A stretch of DNA of 64,000 bases from a virus. Below, in pieces: positions 15,920-25,638 of this stretch. The notes below the pieces were generated by a model. That model was not told the origin of the DNA. It was given only the letters and a program-made list of their open reading frames with translations, and did no database searches. Every line of letters begins with the position of its first letter. The stretch's first letter is position 1. The position numbers and the translations under genes are program-made. The stretch covers positions 1-64,000 of the IMG/VR virus record IMGVR_UViG_3300042526_000097. One strand, written 5' to 3'.

Positions 15920-17002
15920 ATGACAGTTAGAGAAATGCATATAGAGATTAATCAGTCTCTCCAAAAGGTAGCTGCTAACCTTACAAGAAAGTACTTATCT
16001 CCTGAGATAGACTGGGTACTTAATAAGATACAGAATAGATTCATACAAGAGTCTTTACGTCCTGTATCATTGAATGACCCTGCACTAGCAAAGTATAGGT
16101 TTGCAGATCAAATTAGAACAGATGCCTTAAAGAATCTTACTGTTACAGGTAGAACAATAGATGCATGGGAACTGCCTAGTTCTCAAGAAAGAGTAGCTTG
16201 TTTCTTACCTCCAGACTATATGTTCCTAATGTCAGATGTGAGTAACATGTATAACCTCTGTGGAGCTCTACAAGTAACTACACCTTTAACAAAGAGCTTT
16301 ACTACTTTAGAGTTGTCTCAAAGCTCTGCCGGTTCTGGGCCCTATTATGTAACTGGCAACTCTATAACTATAGGTACTACTACTACTATTAACATACCTG
16401 CAGGTTTACCTACATTTAATACATACACAGGGTATAACAAGAAAGAAGATGTTGTCTTTCTTAAAGACTTTATCATCTACAAGTTTAGAGAGTTAGGTAT
16501 TGATGTGTATTGGGAAAGATATGGTAATTTCTATAGACCTAACAAGTTCATAATCCCTAACAGTGTAAGCACTACTTTAGTGTGGGATAGTATAGCCGTA
16601 ACTAGCTCTGCTGTTGAAACTTTCAACATAAACTCTCTCACATTACCAACAGGAGTTCCTGCTGTAACTTACACTACAGATAACAGACTTACAAGCAACT
16701 ATGACATCTCTAGTATATATACACCATACTATGGTCCAAGTATAAAGAGCCCTGTATCTGAGTTGAGTGACCACATATTATATGTCTACCATGATAATAA
16801 CACTATAGTAAATAGTGTCAACATTTCTTATATTAGAAAACCTAAACCTATCTCTTTATCTTTGGGTCTGGATTGTGAAATATCAAGTGCTTTTCACCAA
16901 ACAATATGTGATCTTTCTGTAGAATACATAAAAGGTCAACAAGAAGATGGTACAGGAGTCGAGATAAAGAAACAAGACAATAACACAAGAGTAATTATAT
17001 AA
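15920..17002 (+). CDS. Tail ring protein (crAss gene 74-like)
   Basis: MTVREMH...EIDWVLNK at the N-terminus and YIRKP...CE...HQTICDL at the C-terminus, typical of crAss ring proteins. Confidence 0.75.
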   Translation: MTVREMHIEINQSLQKVAANLTRKYLSPEIDWVLNKIQNRFIQESLRPVSLNDPALAKYRFADQIRTDALKNLTVTGRTIDAWELPSSQERVACFLPPDYMFLMSDVSNMYNLCGALQVTTPLTKSFTTLELSQSSAGSGPYYVTGNSITIGTTTTINIPAGLPTFNTYTGYNKKEDVVFLKDFIIYKFRELGIDVYWERYGNFYRPNKFIIPNSVSTTLVWDSIAVTSSAVETFNINSLTLPTGVPAVTYTTDNRLTSNYDISSIYTPYYGPSIKSPVSELSDHILYVYHDNNTIVNSVNISYIRKPKPISLSLGLDCEISSAFHQTICDLSVEYIKGQQEDGTGVEIKKQDNNTRVII

Positions 17003-17021
17003 CAACTAAAAAACAAACATC

Positions 17022-18083
17022 ATGTTAAAAAACAGATTTTTCAAATCCACCCAAGGTGTACCTTACGAACTTGCAGTTTGTACTGTTCCACCTACATCTA
17101 CTGGTAATGAAACAACTACTTTTACAAGTATCATTGCTGGAGCCTCTACAGGTAACTTTTTTCTTTTACGTCAAAACCCTACTTCAGGAGTAGTAACTAT
17201 TGCTAGAAATGATGCAACTGGTGCAGCCGTTTTCCGTACAGGAGCTTACAAAAGCTGGCCTCACCAATTAGCTTGGTGTGTAGATGGTGCTACTGACAAG
17301 TTCTATTTGACTTCTCAGTTTGTTCCTGAAAGATGTGACCCTATTGAAGAGTACACAGCAGCACCTGCAGTAGCTCAAAAAAGTACTATGACTTCTAGTG
17401 TTATCCCTGTAGGAGTTAACCAAGAGTTGTTCTTTAAACTTGTAGAAACTACACCTGGTAATATTCCATTACCTTCTTGGGAGTATACAGTGTTAATGAA
17501 TACAACAGTTAATGAAGCAGCTGCTTGGACATATATTACTACACAAATCAACAAAGCTTCTGATGGTGAGTGGTTTGCAGCTGTAGCAGGTTCTAATGGT
17601 ATTACTATTACAGGTTCTACTGCTACAAGCCCTAATCAAGTAGGACGTACTTTTAAGTTGGTAGCTACATTGTCACCTACTAAATCTGACCCTATAGATT
17701 ATGGTGTTACATTCACTACTAACTACACTACAAGCCCTAACGTAGCAGCTTCTTTAGGAGTAGGTACAGTAGCAATGGCAGAAGACATGTTCACTGAAGC
17801 TTTGGTTCGTCAAGGTATTGGACACTTCTATACTCAAAGTGGTACTACTGCTGCTGAGTTTGGTGTGCCAGGTTCTTTAGCTAGTATTGTTGGATCAATA
17901 ACAGGAGACGGATCAGGAGGTATTTATAACATTTATAAAATATCTGGGTATAAATCTGAAACTTCTAAAACTCCAATGGGGGTATTAAGTAACAAGTTTT
18001 ACATCTTTATCTTAGTAGATGCTGATTCTACTGATGTAACAAACTTCAAAAAACAATTTGGGGGTACTTCTTACAACCTTTAA
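17022..18083 (+). CDS. Virion structural protein, probably auxiliary capsid protein
   Basis: 353 aa, Thr/Ala-rich beta protein followed by a strong terminator; synteny. Confidence 0.55.
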   Translation: MLKNRFFKSTQGVPYELAVCTVPPTSTGNETTTFTSIIAGASTGNFFLLRQNPTSGVVTIARNDATGAAVFRTGAYKSWPHQLAWCVDGATDKFYLTSQFVPERCDPIEEYTAAPAVAQKSTMTSSVIPVGVNQELFFKLVETTPGNIPLPSWEYTVLMNTTVNEAAAWTYITTQINKASDGEWFAAVAGSNGITITGSTATSPNQVGRTFKLVATLSPTKSDPIDYGVTFTTNYTTSPNVAASLGVGTVAMAEDMFTEALVRQGIGHFYTQSGTTAAEFGVPGSLASIVGSITGDGSGGIYNIYKISGYKSETSKTPMGVLSNKFYIFILVDADSTDVTNFKKQFGGTSYNL

Positions 18084-18107
18084 TGTTTAGTCTCTTTAAA
18101 AGACAAT

Positions 18108-18145
18108 AACAGTAGCCCCGGTCAAAAGCTGGGGCTATTGTTTTT
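18108..18145 (+). terminator. Intrinsic terminator
   Basis: AACAGTAGCCCCGGT-CAAAA-GCTGGGGCTATTGTT-TTT. Confidence 0.85.
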
Positions 18146-18158
18146 CTAAACTTTTTCT

Positions 18159-18166
18159 TACCTTTG
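18159..18166 (+). promoter_or_regulatory. TAnnTTTG box (near-leaderless)
   Basis: TACCTTTG directly after the terminator, 4 nt before ATG 18171. Confidence 0.7.
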
Positions 18167-18170
18167 CATT

Positions 18171-18824
18171 ATGACTCCCAATGAAATAACAACAGTACTA
18201 GCATCAGGTATGAATAAGACCTTTGATGTTCCATTCAGAACAATGCTGATGGAAAGAGTAGACATGTGGAGAGCAAGACACATAAAGAGCAGTCTTGATA
18301 AAACTCCTGCAGATAGAAAGTTCTTTAAGAGTACTATCTTTCTAAGTACTACTCAAACTCTTGAAGTCCCTTGTGCCCTACCAGTAACAGTTTGTGATGT
18401 ATGGGTAACAGGAAAGATACCACAACCTCTTAGAGCTAATTCAATGCTGTTTGATTATGTGGGAGCAGTAAATGGAATGAATCCTTTCTTAGAGTCTCAC
18501 CCTGGAACAGTGCAATACAAGAACAGTGGGAAGTACTCTAAAAATGTAGTACCATTTATCTATACCAATGAGAAGTTGTATATCTACAAGAAAGTCCCTA
18601 TGATTAGAGTAGACTTTATAGCTTCTACACCAACAGACCTACAAAACTACCAATGTGTTTCAGATGTAAATAAAGTCTGTAACTTCTGGGACACTGAGTA
18701 TCCTTGCACTCCAGAGATACTTCAATTGATATTCCAATCTATTAGAGAAGTAGATTTTAGACAAGACCCTACATTACTTGAACAATCAATACCTGTTAAC
18801 CCTGTAAATGACTTAAGCAACTAA
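18171..18824 (+). CDS. Tail ring protein
   Basis: 217 aa; WRARHIK and CNFWDTEYPC..I motifs resembling crAss ring proteins; synteny. Confidence 0.65.
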   Translation: MTPNEITTVLASGMNKTFDVPFRTMLMERVDMWRARHIKSSLDKTPADRKFFKSTIFLSTTQTLEVPCALPVTVCDVWVTGKIPQPLRANSMLFDYVGAVNGMNPFLESHPGTVQYKNSGKYSKNVVPFIYTNEKLYIYKKVPMIRVDFIASTPTDLQNYQCVSDVNKVCNFWDTEYPCTPEILQLIFQSIREVDFRQDPTLLEQSIPVNPVNDLSN

Positions 18825-19435
18825 TGAGAAAAGGCTCAGGTACATATCATACAAGAGATATATGGGAGTGGTATTCTTATAAACTTCTAGCAGCTAACCC
18901 TGAGTGGTGTGGTGTAAACAAGGATAAGATTATTAACTACTATATCTATGCAAAGTATGTAGATGAGAAAGGTAAAAGAAAGGTAGATGAGATACTATCT
19001 TACAAGGTCTTTATGGATACCATGAAGGTCTTCTTTGATTTGGCCAAAGACTCAGTTGTGTATGATGGAGGAGCTCTTAAGTTGCTAGGACGTTTAGGCA
19101 GTATAGCTGCTAGAAGAGTAGAAAGAGACCATTCCAAGAAGGTCATTAACTATGAAAGAACTAAGCAACAACCTAAGGTATGGAATGAAGAGAAGCAAAA
19201 AGAAGTACCCTCTAAGATTATCTACTTTACAACTGATGATTGGTGCAGGATAGGATGGCATAAAATAAGAAGGTGGGTACATAACCTTAATGTGTATGAG
19301 TTTAGACCTGCCAAAGATTTGAGGTCAGGTAAAGGGTTTGACCAGATTATGGTTAGGGCCCTTACAGAGACTCCTTCTATAAAGTACAAGTATGAATACT
19401 ACCCACTTAAAAAACGTAAAAAGACAACTACATGA
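18824..19435 (+). CDS. IHF-like basic protein (crAss gene 54-like)
   Basis: SYKVF..F..AKD.V..G..LKL.GRLGSI then INYERTK...IYFT...RIGW; located before the tail tubular gene. Confidence 0.65.
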   Translation: MRKGSGTYHTRDIWEWYSYKLLAANPEWCGVNKDKIINYYIYAKYVDEKGKRKVDEILSYKVFMDTMKVFFDLAKDSVVYDGGALKLLGRLGSIAARRVERDHSKKVINYERTKQQPKVWNEEKQKEVPSKIIYFTTDDWCRIGWHKIRRWVHNLNVYEFRPAKDLRSGKGFDQIMVRALTETPSIKYKYEYYPLKKRKKTTT

Positions 19436-20253
19436 ATTTCAGATCCACAACCATAGATGATGTAATTAGTCGTATCATACGTAACACTAGACTACAGGAC
19501 TCTTCCTACATACAAGATATGATGGAATGGATACCTGAGGCTATGGGACAGATGAAGACTAAGAACCCTTTAAGTTATAGCTATGCTGACATAGACATAA
19601 CCTTTCATAAAGGGAAGATGCCTTGTGGACTTATATACATACTTGCAGTAGAGTACCAAGGTAGAAGACTACCGTACTCTAGTACAGCTAAAAACTATTT
19701 AACAGGTCATGCAATTAATGACAAGAATCTGGAAGGGGATTCTAGTACTACTAACCTGTTTACCTCTGTAATCCAGACCAACCCCAACGATACATATTTT
19801 GATCAAAACAACATCATGTGGTCGTCCACATTTACACCCATGAACAACCCAGAGGTTGTTATGAAATGTGATAGACACCCATCCCACTGGTATGCTACGG
19901 AAATGGACTGGATTACAACATCTGTGATTGATGGTACTTTTAGATTGCACTACTATTCTCAACCTACTGATGAGAATGGTATGCCTTTAATACCAGACAA
20001 TGAAAACTACAAAGAAGCTATTTACTGTTATGTAAGAGCTAAAATGATAGGAGCAGGTTATAATGACCTAGCCTATAAGGAGACTGACTTAATGCAACGA
20101 TTCGAAACCTATGCAAGAAGAGCTATCAATGAGATTACTTACCCTACTCCTGACCAAAAAGAACAACAGTTTAAAACCCAAGTCAGACTAATTCCACCGG
20201 CCAACTACTATGAAAATTTCTTCAGAGTAGATGAACATGAAAAACCTTACTAG
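19432..20253 (+). CDS. Tail tubular/ring protein (Ttub, P22 gp4-like)
   Basis: EWIPEAM and Y..QPTDENGMPLIPDNENYKEAIYCYV motifs. Confidence 0.8.
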   Translation: MNFRSTTIDDVISRIIRNTRLQDSSYIQDMMEWIPEAMGQMKTKNPLSYSYADIDITFHKGKMPCGLIYILAVEYQGRRLPYSSTAKNYLTGHAINDKNLEGDSSTTNLFTSVIQTNPNDTYFDQNNIMWSSTFTPMNNPEVVMKCDRHPSHWYATEMDWITTSVIDGTFRLHYYSQPTDENGMPLIPDNENYKEAIYCYVRAKMIGAGYNDLAYKETDLMQRFETYARRAINEITYPTPDQKEQQFKTQVRLIPPANYYENFFRVDEHEKPY

Positions 20254-20254
20254 T

Positions 20255-23200
20255 ATGTATAGAGTTTACAGATATACCAAATACCCACAATACTGGCCAT
20301 CAGAAGCAACAGTCTATGTTGACTCTGCACCTGGTACTGTAGAAGAGTATGTAACAGATACTAATGGTACTCCTACCCTAGTGGGTAACTATATTGGAAC
20401 TGTAACCTATTCAACCCTTGCTAGTTTCCCAACTGTAGGAAGGACAAATAGACTCTACATAGATGGCTCTACTAATCTACTCTACAGATGGACTGGAAGT
20501 GCTTATGTATCTGTAGGAGGAACCCCTACTATACCAACTTTAAATCAAGTACTTACTTCAGGTAATTCATCTATTTTAGATGCTAATGTTGGAACTGTAG
20601 GAGTATGGGATAGTGTAGGAGGATATTATGTTCTTATAAGAAGGTACAATGGAGGTATGGAATTTAAAAGTCCTTTAGGAACTTTTTTTACAAGTAGTTT
20701 TAGTGAAATGTCTTTTGGAGACCCCTCTGCTATACTTAGTAATCTTAGTTTAACTGCTCCAAGAACTTATTCTTTTCCTGATGCATCTGGAACTGTTGCA
20801 CTAACTTCAGACATTACTATTACAGGAGTAACTGCATCTGCTCCTCTAGATTCTTCAGGAGGATCTACTCCTAACATAACTACCAAGATGCTTACTAATA
20901 AGCTAATAGGTAGAGGATCGGCAGGAACAGGTGTAATGGAAGAGATAACATTAGGAACAGGACTGTCTTTAACAGGAACTACATTAAATGCAACATCTAG
21001 TAGTGGAGGAATACCTCATGCTACTGCATCAGGGACAGATACTTATACCTCAACAATTGCAGGGGTTACAGCTTATACAGATGGAAATGCTTACCTAATA
21101 CAGTTTACTAACGGCAACACTACAACTTCTACTTTAAACATAAACTCACTAGGAGCTAAAACACTGTATAGAAATAATGATGGTGTTTTAATAGGTGGGG
21201 ATATAACAGCTAATGGGGAAATGTTATGTGTCTATGATTCTACACTACCAGGAACAGGAGGATTTAGACTTATAGGAACTTCTTCTAATGCTTTATTTTC
21301 TTATGTAACCAATGCTGATTCTGTTGCAATAACAAGAGGTATGCCTGTTTACGCATTTAGTGGTACAGGCGATAGAATGACTGTTAAAAGAGCATACAAT
21401 ACAACTGATGCTACATCTGCTCAGACTGTAGGGCTGGTGTTTTCTACATCTATTGCAGCCAATCAAAAAGGACTTATAATGATGCAGGGGTTGCTAGATG
21501 GTTTAAGTATTCTCCCAACATCTACTTTTTCTGATGGAGATCCTATCTACCTTGGAGCAACTGCTGGTACTATAACAAAGGTAAAACCTTATGCTCCAAA
21601 TCACCTTGTATATTTAGGAGTAGTTACAACAGCAAGTCCTGGTGCAGCAGGTAGAATGTATGTAAGAATTCAAAATGGGTATGAGTTAGATGAACTACAT
21701 AATGTACAAGCTCAAACTCCTACTGTTAATGATATTTTATACTACTTTGGTGGTAGTCCAGGACAATGGAAGGCAGCATCAATAGCTACAATATTAGGAT
21801 ACGCTCCTATACAACTATCTTCTCTAAGTGGAACAACTCCAGTAAGTTACAATAGTACAACAGGAGCAATCTCTATGGTTGCTGCTAGTGCTTCCAATGA
21901 TGGGTACTTAAAGTCTACAGACTGGACTACGTTTAACGGAAAGCAAAATGCTTTAAGTGGAACTGGGTTTGTTAAGATATCAGGAACTGCAATAAGTTAT
22001 GATAGCTCAACTTATTTAACAACCATATCAGGTATTACAGCAGGAGGTGAATTAAGTGGAACTTATGCAAATCCATCTTTAGTAAATTCAGCAGTAATAG
22101 GCAAAGTTTTAACTGGTGTTAATATAACAGGCGGAACGGTAGTTGCTACGGATTCAATATTAACTGCTTTTGGTAAAGTACAAAACCAAATCAATGGCTT
22201 AATAGGTGGATCAATTTATAAAGGAACTTGGAATGCTAGTACTAATACTCCTACTTTAACAAGTAGTGTTGGAACTTCAGGATATTATTATATTGTAAAT
22301 GTTGCAGGTTCTACTAACTTAAATGGAATTACTGATTGGAACATTGGAGATTGGGCAATATTTAATGGTGGTGTATGGCAAAAAGTAGACAATACTGATG
22401 CAGTAGTTTCTGTAAATGGTCTTACAGGTGCTGTAAGTTTAACAACTTCAAACATTACTGAAGGTACTAATTTATATTTTACTAATGTTAGAACAATAGC
22501 TTCTACTTTAACAGGTTATACAAGTGGTGCAGGAACAATAAGTGCAACTGATACTATTTTAAGTGCAATACAAAAACTTAACGGAAATATAGGAGCATTA
22601 ACAACAGGTGTTTCTAGTGTATTTGGAAGGACTGGTGCAGTAGTTTCAGTTAGCGGAGATTATACAACTTCACAAGTAACAGAAGTTACTAACTTATATT
22701 ACACAGATGCAAGAGCAAGAGCTGCATTAAGTTTTGGAGCAGGAAGCGGTGCGTATAATTCTGCAACAGGACTTATTACTATACCAACTAACAACAATCA
22801 AATTACTAATGGTTCTAACTTTATTACTTTAGCTTCTTTAAGTGGAAGCACAGGAATTAGTTATAGCAACACAACAGGTGTTATAAGTTCTACCATTACT
22901 CAATATACGGATGCTTTAGCAAGATTAGCTTTATCATTCGTAGCAGGTAGTGGTGCTTATAACTCAACAACAGGGGTTATAACAATCCCTACAAATAACA
23001 ATCAAATCACTAATGGTGCAGGATATACAACTAATGTAGGAACAGTTACAAGTGTTACGGGTACAGCACCAGTAAGTGTTGCTACGGGTACTAGTACACC
23101 TGTTATTAGCCTAGCTTCAGGTTATGGAGATACTCAGAATCCTTATGCCTCAAAGACTGCCAATTATATTCTTGCAGCCCCCAGTGGAACGGCAGGTGTC

Positions 23201-25327
23201 CCTACATTCAGAGCTATGGTAGCAACTGATGTCCCTACTTTGAATCAAAGTACTACAGGCAATGCTGCAACAGTTACAACTAATGCTAATCTTACAGGTC
23301 CTGTTACAAGTACAGGCAATGCAACAGCTATAGCTAATGGAGCTATTACTAATGCAATGCTAGCTAATGCAGCTGTGGGAAATCTATCAGGCACTAATTC
23401 AGGTGATAATGCTGTAAATAGTTTATACTCAGGATTAGTTAGTAATGCAACTCATACAGGAGATGCAACTGGGGCAACAGCTTTAACAGTTGTTGGATTA
23501 AGAGGTGTTACATTGCCAACTTTAGGGCCATTAGCAGGTTTGTTAAAATATACAGGAACAGGGACTAATACTTGGGTATTTGATACTTCAACTTATTTAA
23601 CAACAATAGCTGGAATTACTGCTGGGGGAGATTTAACTGGTACTTATGCAAGTCCAACAATAGCAACTGGGGCAGTAAGTTTAGCTAAAATGGCTGATCT
23701 TGCAGCTCACACTATTATTGGGAATGATACAGGTACATCAGCAACCCCTGTAGCTTTAAATGGAGCTCACGTAACTGCAATGCTTGATGAGTTTAATGGC
23801 ACAACAAAAGGACTTGTACCTGTTCCATCTGGACCAGCTACTAATGTATTTTTAGCTGCTGATGGTACTTGGCAAAAAATTGCAACATCAGCAATTGCAG
23901 ACCAATCAGGAAAAACATTACTTGCAAATACAACAGGATCTGCAGGAGCAGTAAGTGCTGTTGCAATATCTTCAATAACTACAGAATTAACAGCTGTTGT
24001 AGGAGATAGTGGAAGTGGTGGTACAAAAGGATTAGTACCAGCCCCAGCATCAGGAGATGCATCTGCTGGAAAATTTTTAAAAGCAGATGGATTATGGGCA
24101 GTACCAACTACTACAATAGGTACAAATGTAGTTACTAATAGTATGTTAGCTCAAGTTGCAACAGCTATTTTTAAAGGTAGGACTACAGCTGGAACTGGTA
24201 ATGTTGAAGACTTAACAGTTACACAAGCCACTGCAATGCTTAATACTTTTACATCATCATTAAAAGGTCTTGCACCTGCCTCTAGTGGTGGCACTACAAA
24301 TTTTCTTAGAGCAGATGGTACATGGGCAGCACCAGCAGGTGGAGGAGGTAGTGGAACGGTTACTTCGGTTGGTGCATTGACATTAGGAACTACGGGAACT
24401 GATTTATCAAGTACAGTCGCTAACCAAACAACAACTCCTGTAATAACATTAAATGTACCAACAGCAAGTGCTACTAATCGGGGTGCTTTATCAAGTACTG
24501 ATTGGACTACGTTTAACAACAAACAAGCAGCCTTAGTTAGTGCAACAAACATTAAAACAATCAACGGAACTTCAATTCTTGGGAGTGGTGATTTGGTAGT
24601 GAGTGGAGGTGGCAGTAGCGGACCAGGACTTGCAAAGGTATATTTATTTAATGATTTTATAAATAATAATGGAAGTGTTGCTTCTGACACTGGAATAAAT
24701 GTTGCATCAAATGCTGCTTCTTATTTGACAAATGCATTTGATATACCAAATAAAACAAATCAACAAGGGGTAATACAATTTCAAACACTTCAAGCAACTA
24801 GTGCTATTCATCATTATGGAGGTCAAAGTGGTACTGTTTGGCCTATTTCTTTTGGAGCAGGAGCTTGGAGTTATGAAACTTCAATAAACATAGGTAATTT
24901 AAGCATCGCAACTTCTAGATATAGAATGGTTTTTGGCTTTGGTTCTACAACACTATCTTTTCTTGGTGAGTCTGCTGGAGTATTTTTCACGTATGATGAA
25001 GGTGCTACAATGAACGGAACGGCAGCAAGTCTAAATTGGCAGTGTGTAACAAGTAATTCTAGTGTAAGGACAGTAACTACAACAGCAATACCTGTAACTA
25101 TAACATCTTGGATAAAATTAAGAATTGAAATAAACGCAGCAGCCACTTCAGCAGCTTTTTTTATAAACGGAACTTTAGTAGCCACTCACACCACGAACAT
25201 ACCTGGTCCTACTGTCAATCCTGGAATGTTTCAAAAAACAGGTATTCAAAAAATTAATAATACTTTAGCTGCTTACTTTTTTATTGACTATATTTTATAC
25301 GAATGCCCCTTAACAACTTCACGATAA
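20255..25327 (+). CDS. Long mosaic tail fibre / receptor-binding protein
   Basis: About 1690 aa, Gly/Thr/Ser-rich with duplicated modules, a YKGTWNASTNTP...GDW module and a beta-sandwich-like C-terminus; ATG 20255 follows the upstream TAG. Confidence 0.85.
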   Translation: MYRVYRYTKYPQYWPSEATVYVDSAPGTVEEYVTDTNGTPTLVGNYIGTVTYSTLASFPTVGRTNRLYIDGSTNLLYRWTGSAYVSVGGTPTIPTLNQVLTSGNSSILDANVGTVGVWDSVGGYYVLIRRYNGGMEFKSPLGTFFTSSFSEMSFGDPSAILSNLSLTAPRTYSFPDASGTVALTSDITITGVTASAPLDSSGGSTPNITTKMLTNKLIGRGSAGTGVMEEITLGTGLSLTGTTLNATSSSGGIPHATASGTDTYTSTIAGVTAYTDGNAYLIQFTNGNTTTSTLNINSLGAKTLYRNNDGVLIGGDITANGEMLCVYDSTLPGTGGFRLIGTSSNALFSYVTNADSVAITRGMPVYAFSGTGDRMTVKRAYNTTDATSAQTVGLVFSTSIAANQKGLIMMQGLLDGLSILPTSTFSDGDPIYLGATAGTITKVKPYAPNHLVYLGVVTTASPGAAGRMYVRIQNGYELDELHNVQAQTPTVNDILYYFGGSPGQWKAASIATILGYAPIQLSSLSGTTPVSYNSTTGAISMVAASASNDGYLKSTDWTTFNGKQNALSGTGFVKISGTAISYDSSTYLTTISGITAGGELSGTYANPSLVNSAVIGKVLTGVNITGGTVVATDSILTAFGKVQNQINGLIGGSIYKGTWNASTNTPTLTSSVGTSGYYYIVNVAGSTNLNGITDWNIGDWAIFNGGVWQKVDNTDAVVSVNGLTGAVSLTTSNITEGTNLYFTNVRTIASTLTGYTSGAGTISATDTILSAIQKLNGNIGALTTGVSSVFGRTGAVVSVSGDYTTSQVTEVTNLYYTDARARAALSFGAGSGAYNSATGLITIPTNNNQITNGSNFITLASLSGSTGISYSNTTGVISSTITQYTDALARLALSFVAGSGAYNSTTGVITIPTNNNQITNGAGYTTNVGTVTSVTGTAPVSVATGTSTPVISLASGYGDTQNPYASKTANYILAAPSGTAGVPTFRAMVATDVPTLNQSTTGNAATVTTNANLTGPVTSTGNATAIANGAITNAMLANAAVGNLSGTNSGDNAVNSLYSGLVSNATHTGDATGATALTVVGLRGVTLPTLGPLAGLLKYTGTGTNTWVFDTSTYLTTIAGITAGGDLTGTYASPTIATGAVSLAKMADLAAHTIIGNDTGTSATPVALNGAHVTAMLDEFNGTTKGLVPVPSGPATNVFLAADGTWQKIATSAIADQSGKTLLANTTGSAGAVSAVAISSITTELTAVVGDSGSGGTKGLVPAPASGDASAGKFLKADGLWAVPTTTIGTNVVTNSMLAQVATAIFKGRTTAGTGNVEDLTVTQATAMLNTFTSSLKGLAPASSGGTTNFLRADGTWAAPAGGGGSGTVTSVGALTLGTTGTDLSSTVANQTTTPVITLNVPTASATNRGALSSTDWTTFNNKQAALVSATNIKTINGTSILGSGDLVVSGGGSSGPGLAKVYLFNDFINNNGSVASDTGINVASNAASYLTNAFDIPNKTNQQGVIQFQTLQATSAIHHYGGQSGTVWPISFGAGAWSYETSINIGNLSIATSRYRMVFGFGSTTLSFLGESAGVFFTYDEGATMNGTAASLNWQCVTSNSSVRTVTTTAIPVTITSWIKLRIEINAAATSAAFFINGTLVATHTTNIPGPTVNPGMFQKTGIQKINNTLAAYFFIDYILYECPLTTSR

Positions 25328-25536
25328 TGAGAACAAAATACAGAATGATTACCGAGAATGGTTACATAGAAACACTTGATGAGCAAGAAGCCATTGAGTA
25401 TGGTAACTACATTGAAATAACAGAAGAAATTCCCAAAGAAGTACAACTACCGACACAAGAAGAAATAATTGCTCGAAAAGAAGAACAACTTCTTGAAATG
25501 TTTGAGGAATTGCAACGACTAAAAGGTAACAACTAA
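25327..25536 (+). CDS. Small acidic protein, possible fibre chaperone
   Basis: ATG overlaps the fibre stop (TAATG); 69 aa ending in an amphipathic helix. Confidence 0.6.
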   Translation: MRTKYRMITENGYIETLDEQEAIEYGNYIEITEEIPKEVQLPTQEEIIARKEEQLLEMFEELQRLKGNN

Positions 25537-25625
25537 CAGTGATTAATAACATATACATAAAAGTTGGCACAGACATAGGAGTATCAGGGTTTTAGATTAT
25601 TCAGTTTATAAATTCAAATATTTAG

Positions 25626-25633
25626 TATCTTTG
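25626..25633 (+). promoter_or_regulatory. TAnnTTTG box (near-leaderless)
   Basis: TATCTTTG 5 nt before ATG 25639. Confidence 0.7.
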
Positions 25634-25638
25634 TAGCC

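Noticed and set aside
20255-25620. Diversity-generating retroelement targeting the tail fibre
   Set aside because: No reverse transcriptase and no adenine-variant template repeat seen in this window; the repeats are ordinary coding duplications.
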